Shown here piece by piece: positions 12,103 to 25,300 of a DNA stretch of 64,000 bases. A program made the position numbers and the translations under genes. The DNA is taken from the IMG/VR virus record IMGVR_UViG_3300049043_000117, positions 32,001 to 96,000 of that record; one strand, given 5' to 3'. The first letter of the stretch is position 1. Every line of letters starts with the position of its first letter. Below the pieces are notes generated by a model that saw only the letters and a program-made list of their open reading frames with translations, ran no database searches and had not been told where the DNA came from. This DNA is from a virus.

Positions 12103-13133
12103 ATGAATTATATAGAAATTTTTAAAGAACTATCTAATAACATAGATCAGTGGAAATGATAGTTATTTCAATCATTCAATATCTGTTTTTAATATATTAA
12201 AAAAACTAAATTTAGACGAAGATGTTTGTGCAGCCGGATTATATCATTCAATTTATGAAACGGAATTTTTCAATCCAAATATTCAAATTTCCAGACAAAA
12301 ATTAATTGAAATTATAGGTAAAAAATCTGAAGAATTGGTATTTAAATTTTGTCATATAAGAAATAGATTTGAATCAATTTTAAATAATGATTTTGAATTC
12401 AATTCTTTATATTCATAAATCACTTTGTTATATTGAATATGCAAATTTAAAAGAACAAAGTGAAAGAATTTCGGACCCTATCCTACTACAAAGATGTATC
12501 TTATTGCAAGAAAAATTAATGAATTATATTCAAAACATGAGCACTATGACTACAATTTAATTGACGAGAAAGATTTATATATTTTTGATCATTTTTTGGA
12601 TAAAAGTCATATAGAACTATTAAATCAATACTGTTATAATAGTTCCTATCAGACCAAATCATAAAAGTAATATATCTACAAATATTGATTCTCGTTTTGC
12701 GCTAATATCTCTCCGAGTGAATTTGAAAATACAAAATTAATTCCAATAATATCAAAAATATCAAAAATTTTAAAAAAACCTTTATATATTGCACATCACT
12801 ACATAAATCATTATGGACTATTAACGGGAGTAACTGAACATTGTGATAGAGATGATATTGGACAATATACAATATTGGTTTTTCCCAATAACTTTTGGGA
12901 TAGAACTTGAGGTGGAGAAATTGGATTTTATAATAAAGGAAACATTCATAATATTATAGAATATAAATCTGGAAGAATACTTGTATTTGATGCAAGAATA
13001 TCACACAAAGTTTTTCCATTAACCAGAAACTCACAGTCAGATAGATATTCTATAACTATCAAAACTTGTACCGAAGAAGGATTAAATATCTTTGGTAAAA
13101 TATTACAACCCCTACTTAAGAATAGACTCATGA
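12103..13133 (+). CDS. HD-like (DUF6817-type) domain fused to a 2OG-Fe(II) oxygenase; frameshifted, with one in-frame TGA
   Basis: N-part SYFNHSISVFNILKKLNLDEDVCAAGLYHSIYETEFF; C-part EHCD..YTILVFPNNFW..GGEIGFY..YKSGRILVFDARISHKV...RYSITIK. Confidence 0.7.
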
Positions 13134-13736
13134 ATGATTTTCACATAAAAGGATATATTGGAGTAAAAGAAATTGTCTCAAAAGACGTTGTTGATTTGGT
13201 TTCACAATATACCTTCTGGACGAATTATTAATTTTCAAGAAGAACTTGGAGATGAACTTCAAGTAAAAAATATGCACAGCAAATATGCAGACACTTTAAC
13301 GGAGTCGTTACACTTTACAACTACAACCAAAAATAGAATATGTTACTAAAATGGAACTTATTCCAACGTATTCTTACTATAGAATTTATAGACCAGGAAG
13401 TGTGTTAAAAAAACACGTCGATAGACCATCTTGTGAAGTATCAGCTTCAATATGTTTTAATTATTTTTACGAACATGAAACGGACACTCTAAAGTGGCCA
13501 ATATTTTTTAATGGAACTCCTTTGGTTTTGAAATCTGAAAACCTACTAGTTTATAAAGGAATGGAGGTCCCTCATTGGAGAGAAGAACTTAAAACTTCAG
13601 ATCTTTCTTTTCACATACAAGGATTTTTTCATTACGTCAATAAAAATGGTCCACATACGGACCACACTTAGATAAAAGAATGTGTATAGGAGAAAGAAAA
13701 AAATCTACTTCCAACAAATTTGAAAAATCTTATATA
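13130..13736 (+). CDS. 2OG-Fe(II) oxygenase-like protein; frameshifted
   Basis: LIPTYSYYRIY..GSVLKKHVDRPSCEVSASI (HxD), YKGMEVPHWRE, IQGFFHYV. Confidence 0.8.
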
Positions 13737-13788
13737 AGTACAATTAATTAAAATTTATATAAATAATGCAATCCTTGCCTATCAACTC

Positions 13789-14207
13789 TTACTCCGGATC
13801 CCATCCAATTGGATAGGTTGAAAATGGTATATTTTTTGATTTTAAATATTTTTTGCATTGTTTTTCTGCGTTAGATCCATAAAAAGTGACAAGACCTCCT
13901 TGGGATTTTGGCAAATTTACCATATAAAATTCTGCATGTGGTCTCCAGCTGCATATACTCCAGAAAATCCTCCTCCAGCCTCCAGCATTATTTGATGATT
14001 CTTCTGATATATTCCCTATCATTCCAGATGACCACTCCATAATCACTTCCCATATATCAATATCTTCTATTTGCAATTCTCTGCTCGTAATCCCATTCAC
14101 TTGTTGGGGGATAAACAGTTTGTCGTAAATCATCCAGGAAGATTCAAAATATTCAGATCCACGCTTGTCTGGATGAAAAATATGATCAGTTTCTCGAAAA
14201 GGGGCAT
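13789..14207 (-). CDS. Conserved phage hypothetical protein
   Basis: ATG at 14207; LQIEDIDIWEVI and WRPHAEFYMV..FYGSNAEK motifs; frameshifted. Confidence 0.6.
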
Positions 14208-14213
14208 AATAAA

Positions 14214-15141
14214 TCAGCTAAATATCTTACTATACAAATACCTTGGAAATCCAGTCTCCTGCGCAGCATTACCATAATCCCAACTGCCGCAGGCCACTAC
14301 CATAAAATGTAGCATTATTAGAGCTCCGCTGCCAGGGTTGCCAGTTACCTCCACCGCCGGGGACCCGCTGCCGGTGCCGGTGGTAGATCCTCCACCTCCA
14401 CCAGCATAAGTAGTGGATGACCCACTTGTTGAAAATGTCCCTCCATTTCCTCCAGGAGCCACTTACCGATCAGCACCAGGCCAGGAATATCCGCCAGGCC
14501 ACCGCCGCGAAGCCACTGGTCAATCCCCCCGGTTTCCTTGGCCTGGAGTTCCTGATGCCTCAGTTCCTGGATAACCTTGTGGTGATCCTGGATAACCTGC
14601 ATGACCACCCCCAGAACCTCCAGGAGCACCACCGTTCATAATACCTGGACCAGTATTACCTCCATAACCTCCACCTATTGCGGTGCTTGATCCAAATACA
14701 GAGTTTGTTCCAGAAATACCTTGAGTAACTCCACCCGGTCTAAAAGGACCACCAGGGCCAATGCTTACAGGGGTCGCGCGCAAGTCCGACCGACGCATTA
14801 TAAACTATACCGCCTGCCCGCAGCGGCCGTGTCCCACTACCACCAGAACCACCGCCTGCAATTAAAAGAAGTTCTCCAACACCAGAACCAGTCGCACTAA
14901 AAGTTCCAGGAGAAGTAAAGGTATGTATTTTATAACCACCAACAGTGGTCTCAGTACCTCCTGTGGCACTAAATTTATTAATGGCACCCCATGAAGTTCC
15001 ATTATAGACTTCTATTGCTCCCGAAGTTGAGTTATATCTCAACATTCCCACACTCGGACTACCGGGTCTTTGTGCATCTGTTCCTACAGGTAATCGAAGA
15101 AAACCAGTGTCGTTAACTGTGGTATTTTTTAAAGTTGCCAG
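14214..15141 (-). CDS. Gly/Pro-rich fibre-like virion protein; frameshifted
   Basis: ATLKNTTVNDTGFLRLPVGTDAQRPGSPSVGMLRYNST, ATGGTETTVGGYKIHTFT, Gly-rich runs, C-terminal GICIVRY. Preceded by SD AAGGAG and a late promoter; the start codon is garbled. Confidence 0.75.
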
Positions 15142-15166
15142 TTGATGTTATTCTCCTTTATGAATT

Positions 15167-15174
15167 TATTTATA
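15167..15174 (-). promoter_or_regulatory. T4-type late promoter TATAAATA
   Basis: Exact motif upstream of the SD of the Gly-rich fibre gene. Confidence 0.75.
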
Positions 15175-15183
15175 TTTAAAAAC

Positions 15184-18100
15184 TCAATTAGATAGTTTTT
15201 TGTTTATTTCAGAAATTTCATCTTTAATTTCTTTGATTGCTTCGATTATTAAAGCAACTAAGTTACCATAAGCAATAGACTTATAATCGGAAGAATCATT
15301 ATAAACAACTTCTGGTACAATTTCTTCAACCTCTTAAGCAATTAAACCAATTTTTTTATATCCATTAGATTTTAACGTGTATTCAACTCCCCTCAGGTTT
15401 AATAACTTATCGAGAGAATTCTCTAAAGATTTAATATTGTCTTTTAACCTAAAGTCGGAAGTTTCTGTAATTGAAACTGCAGTCAGTGTTGCACCAACTG
15501 ATACGTTACCAACAAATGAAGCTCTGTTACTAAGTTATATGCAGAACCATTACCAATTAAAATTGCTCCGTTTGCAGGTAATCCTGTTTGACCAGTACCA
15601 CCTCTATTAAGTGGAATCGTACCCGTATGATTCGCTGCAGATAGATAATATGCGCCCGTCTGGCCACCTAACGTTGCTGCGTTCTACGTCTCCAGTTGCA
15701 GAACTCTTAATACTTACAAGCGCCATCATCGCCAATCGCAAACGTAGACGTTTTGAACTAGCGAACACCAGTTGTAGAATGAGTATCAATAGTTGCAGCG
15801 ACTTTATTTGCAGTTAATGTAATATTCCCAAAGTGAGTTGCAAATCCAACACCAAAATTAGAACTTGAAGCAGTGATTCCAAATGGTTGAGTCGATGCAA
15901 TACCAACCGAAGTAACTACTTTTTGATAAGAAGAATTGCCACTAAGAAATGTATCAGAGTTTGCAGTACCAGAACCAAGTCTTGATGGATTAATGGTGCC
16001 GCTGATAAGTATCCTGGCAGGATCAATTTCATTACTTGCAAGTAAAGACCAGTTGGTGATGTCGCTCGATGATGTATTTACTGTATATTGATATCTTACA
16101 TTTTGTTTAGTAAATGTAATTCTACCACTTCCAGTTTCTGCAATACCTACTGCATTAAATGTGACACCACTTGCAGAAGATGTTGCGTCACTTTGGGTGA
16201 GTGTAATGTAAACGCATTTTGAGTAACGGAACCAACATAATAGAATGCTCCAGTATCAATACCAACAGGAGTATTTCCGGTAACTCTTACTGGATCTCCA
16301 GTTACAAATCCATGGTTTACAAACTGAATTGTATCTTTTGCAGTAGAAACCCCACATCTTATTAAATTATGTGTTCCAATTCCACTACCAGATAAATCTT
16401 GTCTGGAAACAAGAGCATATGTAGAATGAAGTTCAACTGAAGAAATGCCAACAGTTTTTATATAATATGATGTATTCTCAAGAATTCCAGAAACGTTTGT
16501 CCCTCCATTGATAGTGTATTTTACAACATCACCATTAACAAAAGTATGGCCAGCACCGACTACAATTCTATCATTAACGAAATCTACATTTCCACCAGTA
16601 TCAATTGTAGTAGGATCAAAACTATATGATACATCTAAATTTAATGTAGTACCTATTCCAACTGCATTTGAATCTGCAATATAATCCCGGCAATGATACA
16701 CTACCTGCAAATTTTTGACTATTGGTTAATTTTAAGTACAATCGAGTTTCAACATCGTTTACTGTAGCAGTAGAAGCACTACCTCCAGATCTTCCACCAA
16801 GAGCACTATCTATGGCAGTAAGAATATTTCCATTCGCATAATAACGACCGCCAGTTTTAATATTAACCGAAGTTACCGTTCCAGAAGTACACGAACAGTA
16901 ATTTCAGTTAGACTGATGTACCAATTCCTGTAGTGGATTGCAAGAAACATGTGTAAATTCCAGGTGTTGAATAACCAGATCCTCCAAGTGTAATTGCAGT
17001 TCTCAAGAAGAACTCCCTTAACTAATCCAGTAGTGCCATAACCAACATATGCTTGAACCGAAGTTCCAATTCCAACTCCTGTTGGCGGCGCGTTACGACA
17101 CCAATAGCAGCAGCGGCAAGAGAACTAATTACAGTATTTCCATTTGAAAATCCATAATTTGTTGTGTCGCTATCTAGAATAAGATATTGTCCAACTACAT
17201 CTTGAATAAGGACGTAAGATAAATCTGGTTCAACAACAGTATCTCCATTTCGAATATCAATTGCCGGTATTTCATTTACAAGGACTGTTCTACCATTACC
17301 AACATTGGTTCTGTTATAGTTAACAACTTTTGGTGGGATAAGATCTGCGTTAATTTGCCCAGAAGAATTGAGTTGAACAACAGGATTTGGAACAGCGTTT
17401 TGTGATACTGATTTATCAATAAATGTTCCAAGTCTATTCGAAAGGAAACTTCTAATAGCTGAATTGCGTTGGAACTCTTTTATTAAGTGGTCCACCAAGT
17501 TCGGATTCTCCCAGATTAGTGTCAGTTGAAAACTCTTCGAATAGGCAACTCCACCAGAAAGAGTTAATCGAATTGAATCAAGTTCTCCAATAGATACTTT
17601 GTTGTTAAAGACAATATTACCAGTTCTATTAAATGCAGTAATCTGACTTCCAATCTTAAAGTCTCCCAGTTCGTTAGTACCAGAAGCATAAACACGACCA
17701 CCTAATTCCGATACCTGTTCAGTAGCAGGATCAGACTTACCACCATTTTGTGGAAAGCATTGTAGTCTGTACCAGATCCAGAATATTCCCAAGTATGTGA
17801 AGATGAGTTAACAATTGAAGGTCTATGTAGATTACATTTATAAGTAACCGGCAAACTTCCAATACCCTGAATTACGTTTCCCTCAGTGGTAGAATTAACT
17901 TTAAATTCAATTGTCCTAAATGTTGTAATTCCTGCTACTTGAGTAACTCCAATCGCAATTGGAGACGCACTGTGATCTATGATATTTCCACCAGTAGTAG
18001 AGAAGAATCTTCTTGTTCCTCCAACTTGTTCTACAGAAACTATAAGTGATCTCGAAGTATTATGATATGTTAGTGCATAACCAGTTGCAGTTCCTCCCGT

Positions 18101-21100
18101 TACAGATTGTGTAATTTCTTGACCAGCATTAAATCTTGCTGTGGAACCAATACCAGCAAGAGTTAATGCTTGATAAGAGTTATGTGAAGATATAATCTCA
18201 TCTACAATAAACTCTTGGTTATTTTTTTGGAAAGTATTAATACCAGTTGAGACCGACGTTAAATCTATGGGTCTTCTAAATGAATCGTCTTCAAATAGTT
18301 TAAATGAACTTGCATTAATGTATTCAACGTAATATGTGTTACCATTCACAAGGCCACCAATTACAATTGGCGGCTCCTGCTTGTTCATTTCCAATATAAA
18401 CAACACTATCCGAATCTGCAAATGGATGTCCAGCAATGGTAATTACGTTGGTAGTAGTATTAACTCCCGTTGAGGGGTTTACTGTAGCTTCTTGTACAAG
18501 TGGTTTAAATAGACTTGTTCTGTCTATGTTACTATTATCTAAAAATCTTAAAACATATAGATCCTGATCTGTTCTACCAACACCGATAACTTTGAGAGTT
18601 TGTAATCCACCAGAAGTACCAGTAGCAGCAAATACGTCCTTTATCAAAGGAGAACGCATTTGGAGAGAATCCTGTCGCTCTAAAGCTAATAGATCCGAAG
18701 TTTGTTGCCGAGTTTGTAATTGATAGATATCCTCCAGACTGTGCAAGAGATCCATAACGGCAGAAAATCTGGAAACAGGAAACAACCTGAGAATATCCAT
18801 CATTAATTACACGCCAACCAATACCATCGAAAGAAATCATGGTAAAGGTTGCAGCAACCATTGATTTACCAAACTCTGGAATATCTCCACTGACAGGATT
18901 TTCAGTGAGAAGTTGAACTGCAGGAACGTTTGGTGAAATTACCTTATCACCATCTACAAGAATACCATTACCGCCCAAACTGGAAAGAATGGTGCAGTTC
19001 TGAATATACGGAGACTTGAAAATTTGTGGTTTACTTAATATAACTGTTCCGCCTATTCAGGAACATAATAATGTGGAATATTTGTCTTTTGTCCACGAAT
19101 CGTAAAAATATTTGTGGCAGCAACTGAAACAACACCAAAATCTCTTACCCACTTTGATGCAACTCTGGATAAAGTTGTATTTTTTGAATTGTTGGGACTT
19201 TTTGCACAGTTGGAACTTTTTTCGCAGTTCCACCACTTACATACGAATGAACAATTGTAGAAACACCGACATTGACTGTGAATGTGGTTGAGTTATCTAC
19301 ATTAGAAACTCTAAAGGTATATCCATAAGGGCTTGTTCCATCTGGGAAGATGGTTGTAGTGATGCCAGAACCACCTGGGCAAGTAAATGCAAGTCCAGTA
19401 AGGGTTACATAATCTCCTGCAACTAATCCATGTGCAGACAGCCGACGCAAGTGGCAACACCAGTTGAATTTGTATAAATGAATGTGGAAACTCCATACAG
19501 CACCATAACCAGTATAAGTATGGGCAATGGTAGAGATGCCTGCATTAAATGTGAAGGTATTTGTTGTTACTCCAGTAACTGTAAATGTATATCCATCAAC
19601 ATTAGTTGAAGTAATTGTCCCATCAGGGAAAATTGTGGTTGTTACTCCAGCACGTTGTGCAGCACAAGAGAATGGTAGATCTCTTAGAGTGATCTTATCG
19701 TCTGACTTGATAACCATGATTTTCTCTAGTCGGTAGCAGTAGAAACTCCAGTTGCGCTTGTGTAGACAAAAGTGCTAATTCCTAAATTTTGCCAACCAAC
19801 ATACGTGTGTGGAATGGTGCTGACACCACCTTGAATAGTAATAGTTTTTGCAGCAGTATTAACTCCAATAATTGGATAAATTGCTCCATAACCTTGTTCA
19901 TCTAATCCAAAATATGGGAAGATGGTTGTAGTCACTCCTGCATGTTCCGATGTACATGCAAATGGAAAGTTATAAAGGAATAGTTTTTCTCCAATAATAT
20001 AACTTCCACCATTACGTGTTCTATTTGGTGCAGAACGAAGTGTTAATGTGGAAACACCAACTACGTTATTATATCTAATACTTGCAATACCAGTTTCATC
20101 ATAACCACAAGTCCAACCAAGTCCAGGAAGTCTTACGGTATTTCCTGGATATAATTCATGATGCATTAGAAGTAGTTATTGTTGTGATTCCCGTAGATCC
20201 TTCATATACTGCTCCAATAATGTTTATAATTGAAGTTGCTGCATATCCAGTTCTATTTAAATTTGTATTAAATGGTTCGTCAAAAGAAATTGTATAGTTC
20301 CATGTGTGTTGAGGAACCTTTGAATTTGGATTAATATAGTCAGTAAAAGTTAATCCTGTAATATAGTTACCATTTCTTATTTTAAAGAAGTCTACGCCCG
20401 CATTTAATGGTCTTACAACAACATTTCTCAGAGAATCAGCAATAATATTAACATTATCATAAAGAATAATTGGGTTGTCTTCAATATAGTCACCAGATTC
20501 TACGAGAAATTGTAGCACCAGTGTTAAAGTAGAATCCTAAAAATGACGTCCATTTGAGCTGCTTTTTTAATACTTTGTACAGGAAGAGTTCTACCATCAT
20601 TATTGTCATTACCGAGCAGCTCGGGAGACTCTTACAATTACTCTAGAACCAGTGCCTCCACCAGTACTAAATCCAAGATTTCCATTACCATCTGTAGTTA
20701 TAACTTGTCCGTTTAATCCATCTTGCGTTGGATATTTTAATCCATTTATTGTAGCAATTCCTGTTACTCTTAAATTTTCATTAATAATATTTTTTAGCTA
20801 CTAGAGTTGTTTGATTTGCAGGAATTCTTCTTACGGAAACTGCAGTTGAATTGGGAATAGTTCCTTGATATGTTGAAGAAACTCCGATAGTTAAAGAACT
20901 TACTGTATTAGTAACTGTAGAAATACTTACACTTGTATTCTGCGGAATTTGAACAGTCAGAGTAGAACGCATATCCAATTAAAACCGCATCATAAACTAA
21001 AAATGTAGGTCTAGAAATATTAACTGATGTATTAATTGGTAAAACTGTTCCAATTCCGCTGGAAAGAGTTATGGAATCTTTACCAAATCTAACAGTGCCA

Positions 21101-22307
21101 ATAGAAACTGTTGTTCCAGAATTAATGCTATCTGCAGGCGAACGTTTACAACAACAGAATTAGTATTTACTTCCAGAAATACGGGAATTATTAAAAATGT
21201 AGTAACTCCGTAAGCTGTGTACAAGCTCACTGGAATGAAAACCGAGTTACCAACAGAAACGTTGGTAACAGAATTTAATGGGACAATTGTAGTCTGCAGA
21301 GGAAACAATAGTTGATGTATTTGCTGTTAAAATACCAACATTGTATCCGTCAACAGTTGTTGTACCAACCAATTAAGTTGATCTATTATACAGTCAATAC
21401 GGATAATGAATCTCCTGGCAGAAACATTTGCAGTTGACGCTACTCTATAATAGTGTCACTAATTGATGTAACTCTTTGAATTGTTGTTGTTAAAACGGAA
21501 TTATTAACTAATGGTCCAGATACAGTAGTAAATCCAACAATTGGAGTTTTATTTGTCGATAAAACAGAAACAGTATATGATATAGAATTTCCAACAGAAA
21601 CTCCACTGATGCTTGAGAGAACAATTATAGTAGATCCTATGGATACCGTTGTAGCGATTGTTGGACTTAAAATAGTAAGATCAATTGGAGATGTTGATGT
21701 AGTCGTTCAAGGCCGAGATTGCTGAAGCCGTTCATACTGTAAGTTCCGATACTTACAAAATCTCCGGCTTTAAACGGCAAGAGTTGATAAAACAGGAATT
21801 ATAGTTGAACCTGTAGACACAGTTCCTACTGTTGTTGTATATTGAGACTAAATGTTGTTACTCCAAATCCAGTAATGTCTAATTTATTTACAACTAACGT
21901 TGGGGCTTGTAAAAGTTCTGTGGCTGACAATCTAGTTGCACTAATAATTCCAGTACTACCAGAAACCGTAATAGCAGAACCAACTCTAACTATATCATTT
22001 GATCCATCAAAAGTTATAGTGCCTTGTCCTACAGATAATATTCCTGTAACTCTAGCATTTCCAACAAAAAGAGAATCGCCAACTACATGTAACGGTTTTT
22101 GTGCATTTGTAGTTCCAATCCCGATTGCAAGTTTGTTAGTTATTGTTTGTGCAGCACCAACACCAACTAAGTAATTTCCTCCTGATGTAGAACCATCATG
22201 AACAACCGCAACTTTAAGGTCTGTATCTACTGTTACTTCTGCTAAAGCGCCGTAAAACCTGAATGTCTAGTTGTTGTACCTCTTCTTAACTGTACCTGCT
22301 TAGTCAT
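15184..22307 (-). CDS. Long tail fibre (~2,370 aa): Mtd_N-type N-terminus, pectin-lyase-like beta-helix, C-terminal peptidase S74 chaperone; many frameshifts
   Basis: MTKQVQLRRGTT..EVTVDTDLKVAVVHDG; GDYIEDNPI..ADSLRNVVVRP; SPYIQNCT; C-terminus TETSDFRLKDNIKSLENSLDKLLNLRGVEY..IGLIA.EVEEIVPEVV..SIAYGNLVALIIEAIKE. Confidence 0.85.
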
Positions 22308-22340
22308 GGAAATACTTAATGACGGTTTACCTTCTTCATT

Positions 22341-22348
22341 TATTTATA
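22341..22348 (-). promoter_or_regulatory. T4-type late promoter TATAAATA
   Basis: Exact motif about 35 nt upstream of the tail fibre ATG. Confidence 0.75.
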
Positions 22349-22350
22349 CT

Positions 22351-25300
22351 TTAAATTATACAAACATAGGTTCTTGGTATCTGGAATGGATTATTAATGA
22401 TAAGTGAAGAAATTGGTTGAATGTAAATCGTTCCAACTCCAGTATAAGTAGATTTTGTGAACGATTCCAAGCCAGAAGAAAATGCGAAAAGACTTCCAAG
22501 AAGCATCATTATATATTCTTGTAATCGATTCATTAGAAGATCCAAGAATATTAATAGTACCAAATCCAATCCGGAAGATGGAATAAAACTAATATTTGGA
22601 GGAATAAGTTGCCCAGAAAGAGATATAACTCCCAAACCAACCTGAGTATACGCTGCCGGTTTCAGATGTAATCGCGGATCCATTAATTGTAAATAGACCA
22701 ATACCAACAAGTTGATATTCAAATTCTACAGATGTTACTGCAGATCCAGAAAGTTGAAGTATGATTGTAGATTCTGGAGTCTGTGCAGAGTAAGACTCAG
22801 ATCTACCAGATAATGTAAATAGAGTTCCAGATCCGACATAAACATCTCTTTCACTGTAAGAAGAACTGGTTGCAATAAATACCGTTCCAATTCCAGACTC
22901 TGAGTGACCAAGTTTAATATCTTGATACGTTCCAGATAATGTATAAATGCCCGATGCAAATTTAGTGTATAGAGCAGTTTTTGTATCAATCGCGTTTCCA
23001 CTAATATTATAAAGAATAGTATTTTCTGGGGAGTTCGCAATGAAACTTACATACGCAGAATTTCGATAATCACAGGTAAGTTGTTCACTATCGCAAGTAT
23101 CATAAATTTGATCTGAAGTGTACTTAACAAATCTAAACGTCCCACTTCCTTCATGCGCTGCTGAGAAGTTTATGTTTGCAGTTCCACTAAAGTCAATTGA
23201 TCCAGAGCTGGAATAAGACTTAACAAGTTTTTCATCACTTGCAGCTGCCAGAGAACTGATATAAGACAGTGTTTTCTGGAGTTTGTGCAATGAAAGATTC
23301 CTGAGTACTTCCAGAAACGGTGAAGAGTTGAGTCGTGCTTGTAGATTGTATTATTAATGACTCGGATACTCCACTTCGAGCACTTATTCTTCCAGTTCCT
23401 TCATAAGCATCCGTTTCTGTAGTGATAGCTTCAGAGTATATAAATTCACTTGAAACTATCATCGAATCCTACCGTATCATCATCAAATGTTAACGAATCA
23501 TCTCCAAGAGATTGTGTTATTACTTCATACTTACCTAAGTGAATAGTGTCACTTTGGTTAAATACGATTTTGTATCTCTTCTGGTAATATTTCCAGATAA
23601 TGTAATGGTTCCAAATCCAACTGCAGTATAAACTGCAATTTCTCTTGCCGAAGCAATACCAGAAATTGTGAAGAGTCCAGTTCCAATTTCAGTTGTTGGT
23701 GTGAAACTTTCATTAGCACCAATTTCCACTCCATCGAGATTACCATTGGCCAGCCGTACCAATACCAAGAATATAAATTGTACCTTTTGCACTAACAGGT
23801 AAAGTCGCTCTATTAGAATGTTATTTGATTGTCATCATTAATCCTAATGGTTCCAATTCCAGATCCTGGAACACCAGAATTTCTTGGATATATTGGAGAA
23901 TAATAATTTGTAAGAGCAACTCCAGAAGATATATTTAATGTTCCCTGAGCAATATACGTTGATCTTGTGTAACTCCAAGATCTACCAATTCCTGCACCAG
24001 GTAACCAAGGATATGATTCTTGTGGACTAAATCCATTAACAACAGAAATTGATCCCGTACCCCTGGATATACGTTGTGCGGAATCATCAACTGCCACCAG
24101 AAATTTGAATACCAGTTGTTCCAACACCAATATTTTTCTCAATACCATAATGCGGAGTATAGTCTATTTGTGGGTGATTAAGTTCTCCAGAGAAAGTGAA
24201 TAATTGAGTATTTGTTGGTATTTGAGCAGAGAATAACTCTAAAGATGTTCCAGAAAGAACAATTATTCCAGATCCAACATATGTTTCTTGATCTGATTCT
24301 AGGAGCTGCATCGGAAATCAATATTGTTCCGAGACCAACGTATACTTCTGTATCTTTTTCTAAACTGTATCTGAAGCAAAAATAGTTCCGAGACCAATAT
24401 AAGAATCCGTTTCACTTTCAAGTATAGAACCAGAAATTTCAACATTTCCAATACCAACATAAGACTCGGTATTTTTTTCTATTGCAGATCCAGAAATAGT
24501 AATAGTAATATCATTTTCTGGCGATTAGAACTATAAACTTCAGCTAATTGTCCCGACAGAACAATTGTTCCAGATCCGACATACGTTTCTTGATTCGATT
24601 CTCAACTGCATCAGAAATGAATATCGTTCCGAGACCAACATAAGAATCTGTTTCACTATAAAGTGCATCACCATAAAAAGCGATAGTTCCACCACGTCTA
24701 CCGGTCTACACCAAATGCATCGGTTTCACTTTCAAGTGCAGTACCCGAAATAGTGATAAATCCACTACCAGTATATTTTGGTGTATAATCAACTTCTGGG
24801 TATACAAGAGGTGTACCAGAAATAGTAATTGTACCAAATGGATATAATATGGAAGGATTATCGTAAATAAACCCAGATTCTTCAGTATTTTCATTTTCAA
24901 TTTCGGATACAAATCCATAATCACTAGAGAGTTGTGTTGTAATAACACTCACATTACCATAATCAAATATTTGTTGATTTATAGTTAGAATTGAAGATTC
25001 ATTATAACTTCTAGTTCTTCTTTCAATTAAAGTTCCAGATTCAATTAAAGCACCAGAGGTTGGATTTGCGGAAACGAAGACTACATCCGCTGTGCCACTA
25101 ACATTGAGAGGTTCGTCTCCACCAGTAAATTCTGGTGTAAAATCAATAGTTGCAGAACCAGATATAAAAATAACACCAGTAAATATGATATTTTGAATAT
25201 AAGACTCTACGGAAGATCCAGAAACTATTAAAGTTCCAAATGGATATACATCGGATGAGGCAGAAAATGCAATAATAAATCCTTGATCTTCAGTTTGAGA

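Noticed and set aside
13758-13765. Plus-strand TATAAATA pointing antisense into the fibre genes
   Set aside because: It lies in a very AT-rich convergent intergenic gap with no downstream plus-strand ORF. A chance match cannot be excluded.
12908-15336. Alternative genetic code (in-frame TGA at 12908 where Trp is expected; TAA at 15334 where Gln is expected)
   Set aside because: These are isolated cases involving different stop codons, each one substitution from the expected codon. TAA and TGA both end genes normally elsewhere.
14214-22307. Diversity-generating retroelement suggested by the Mtd_N-like fibre start and the GC-rich patches at 14260-14830 and 15600-15800
   Set aside because: No reverse transcriptase and no template/variable repeat pair differing at adenines is visible. 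The GC-rich patches translate as Gly/Ala-rich fibre sequence with errors.
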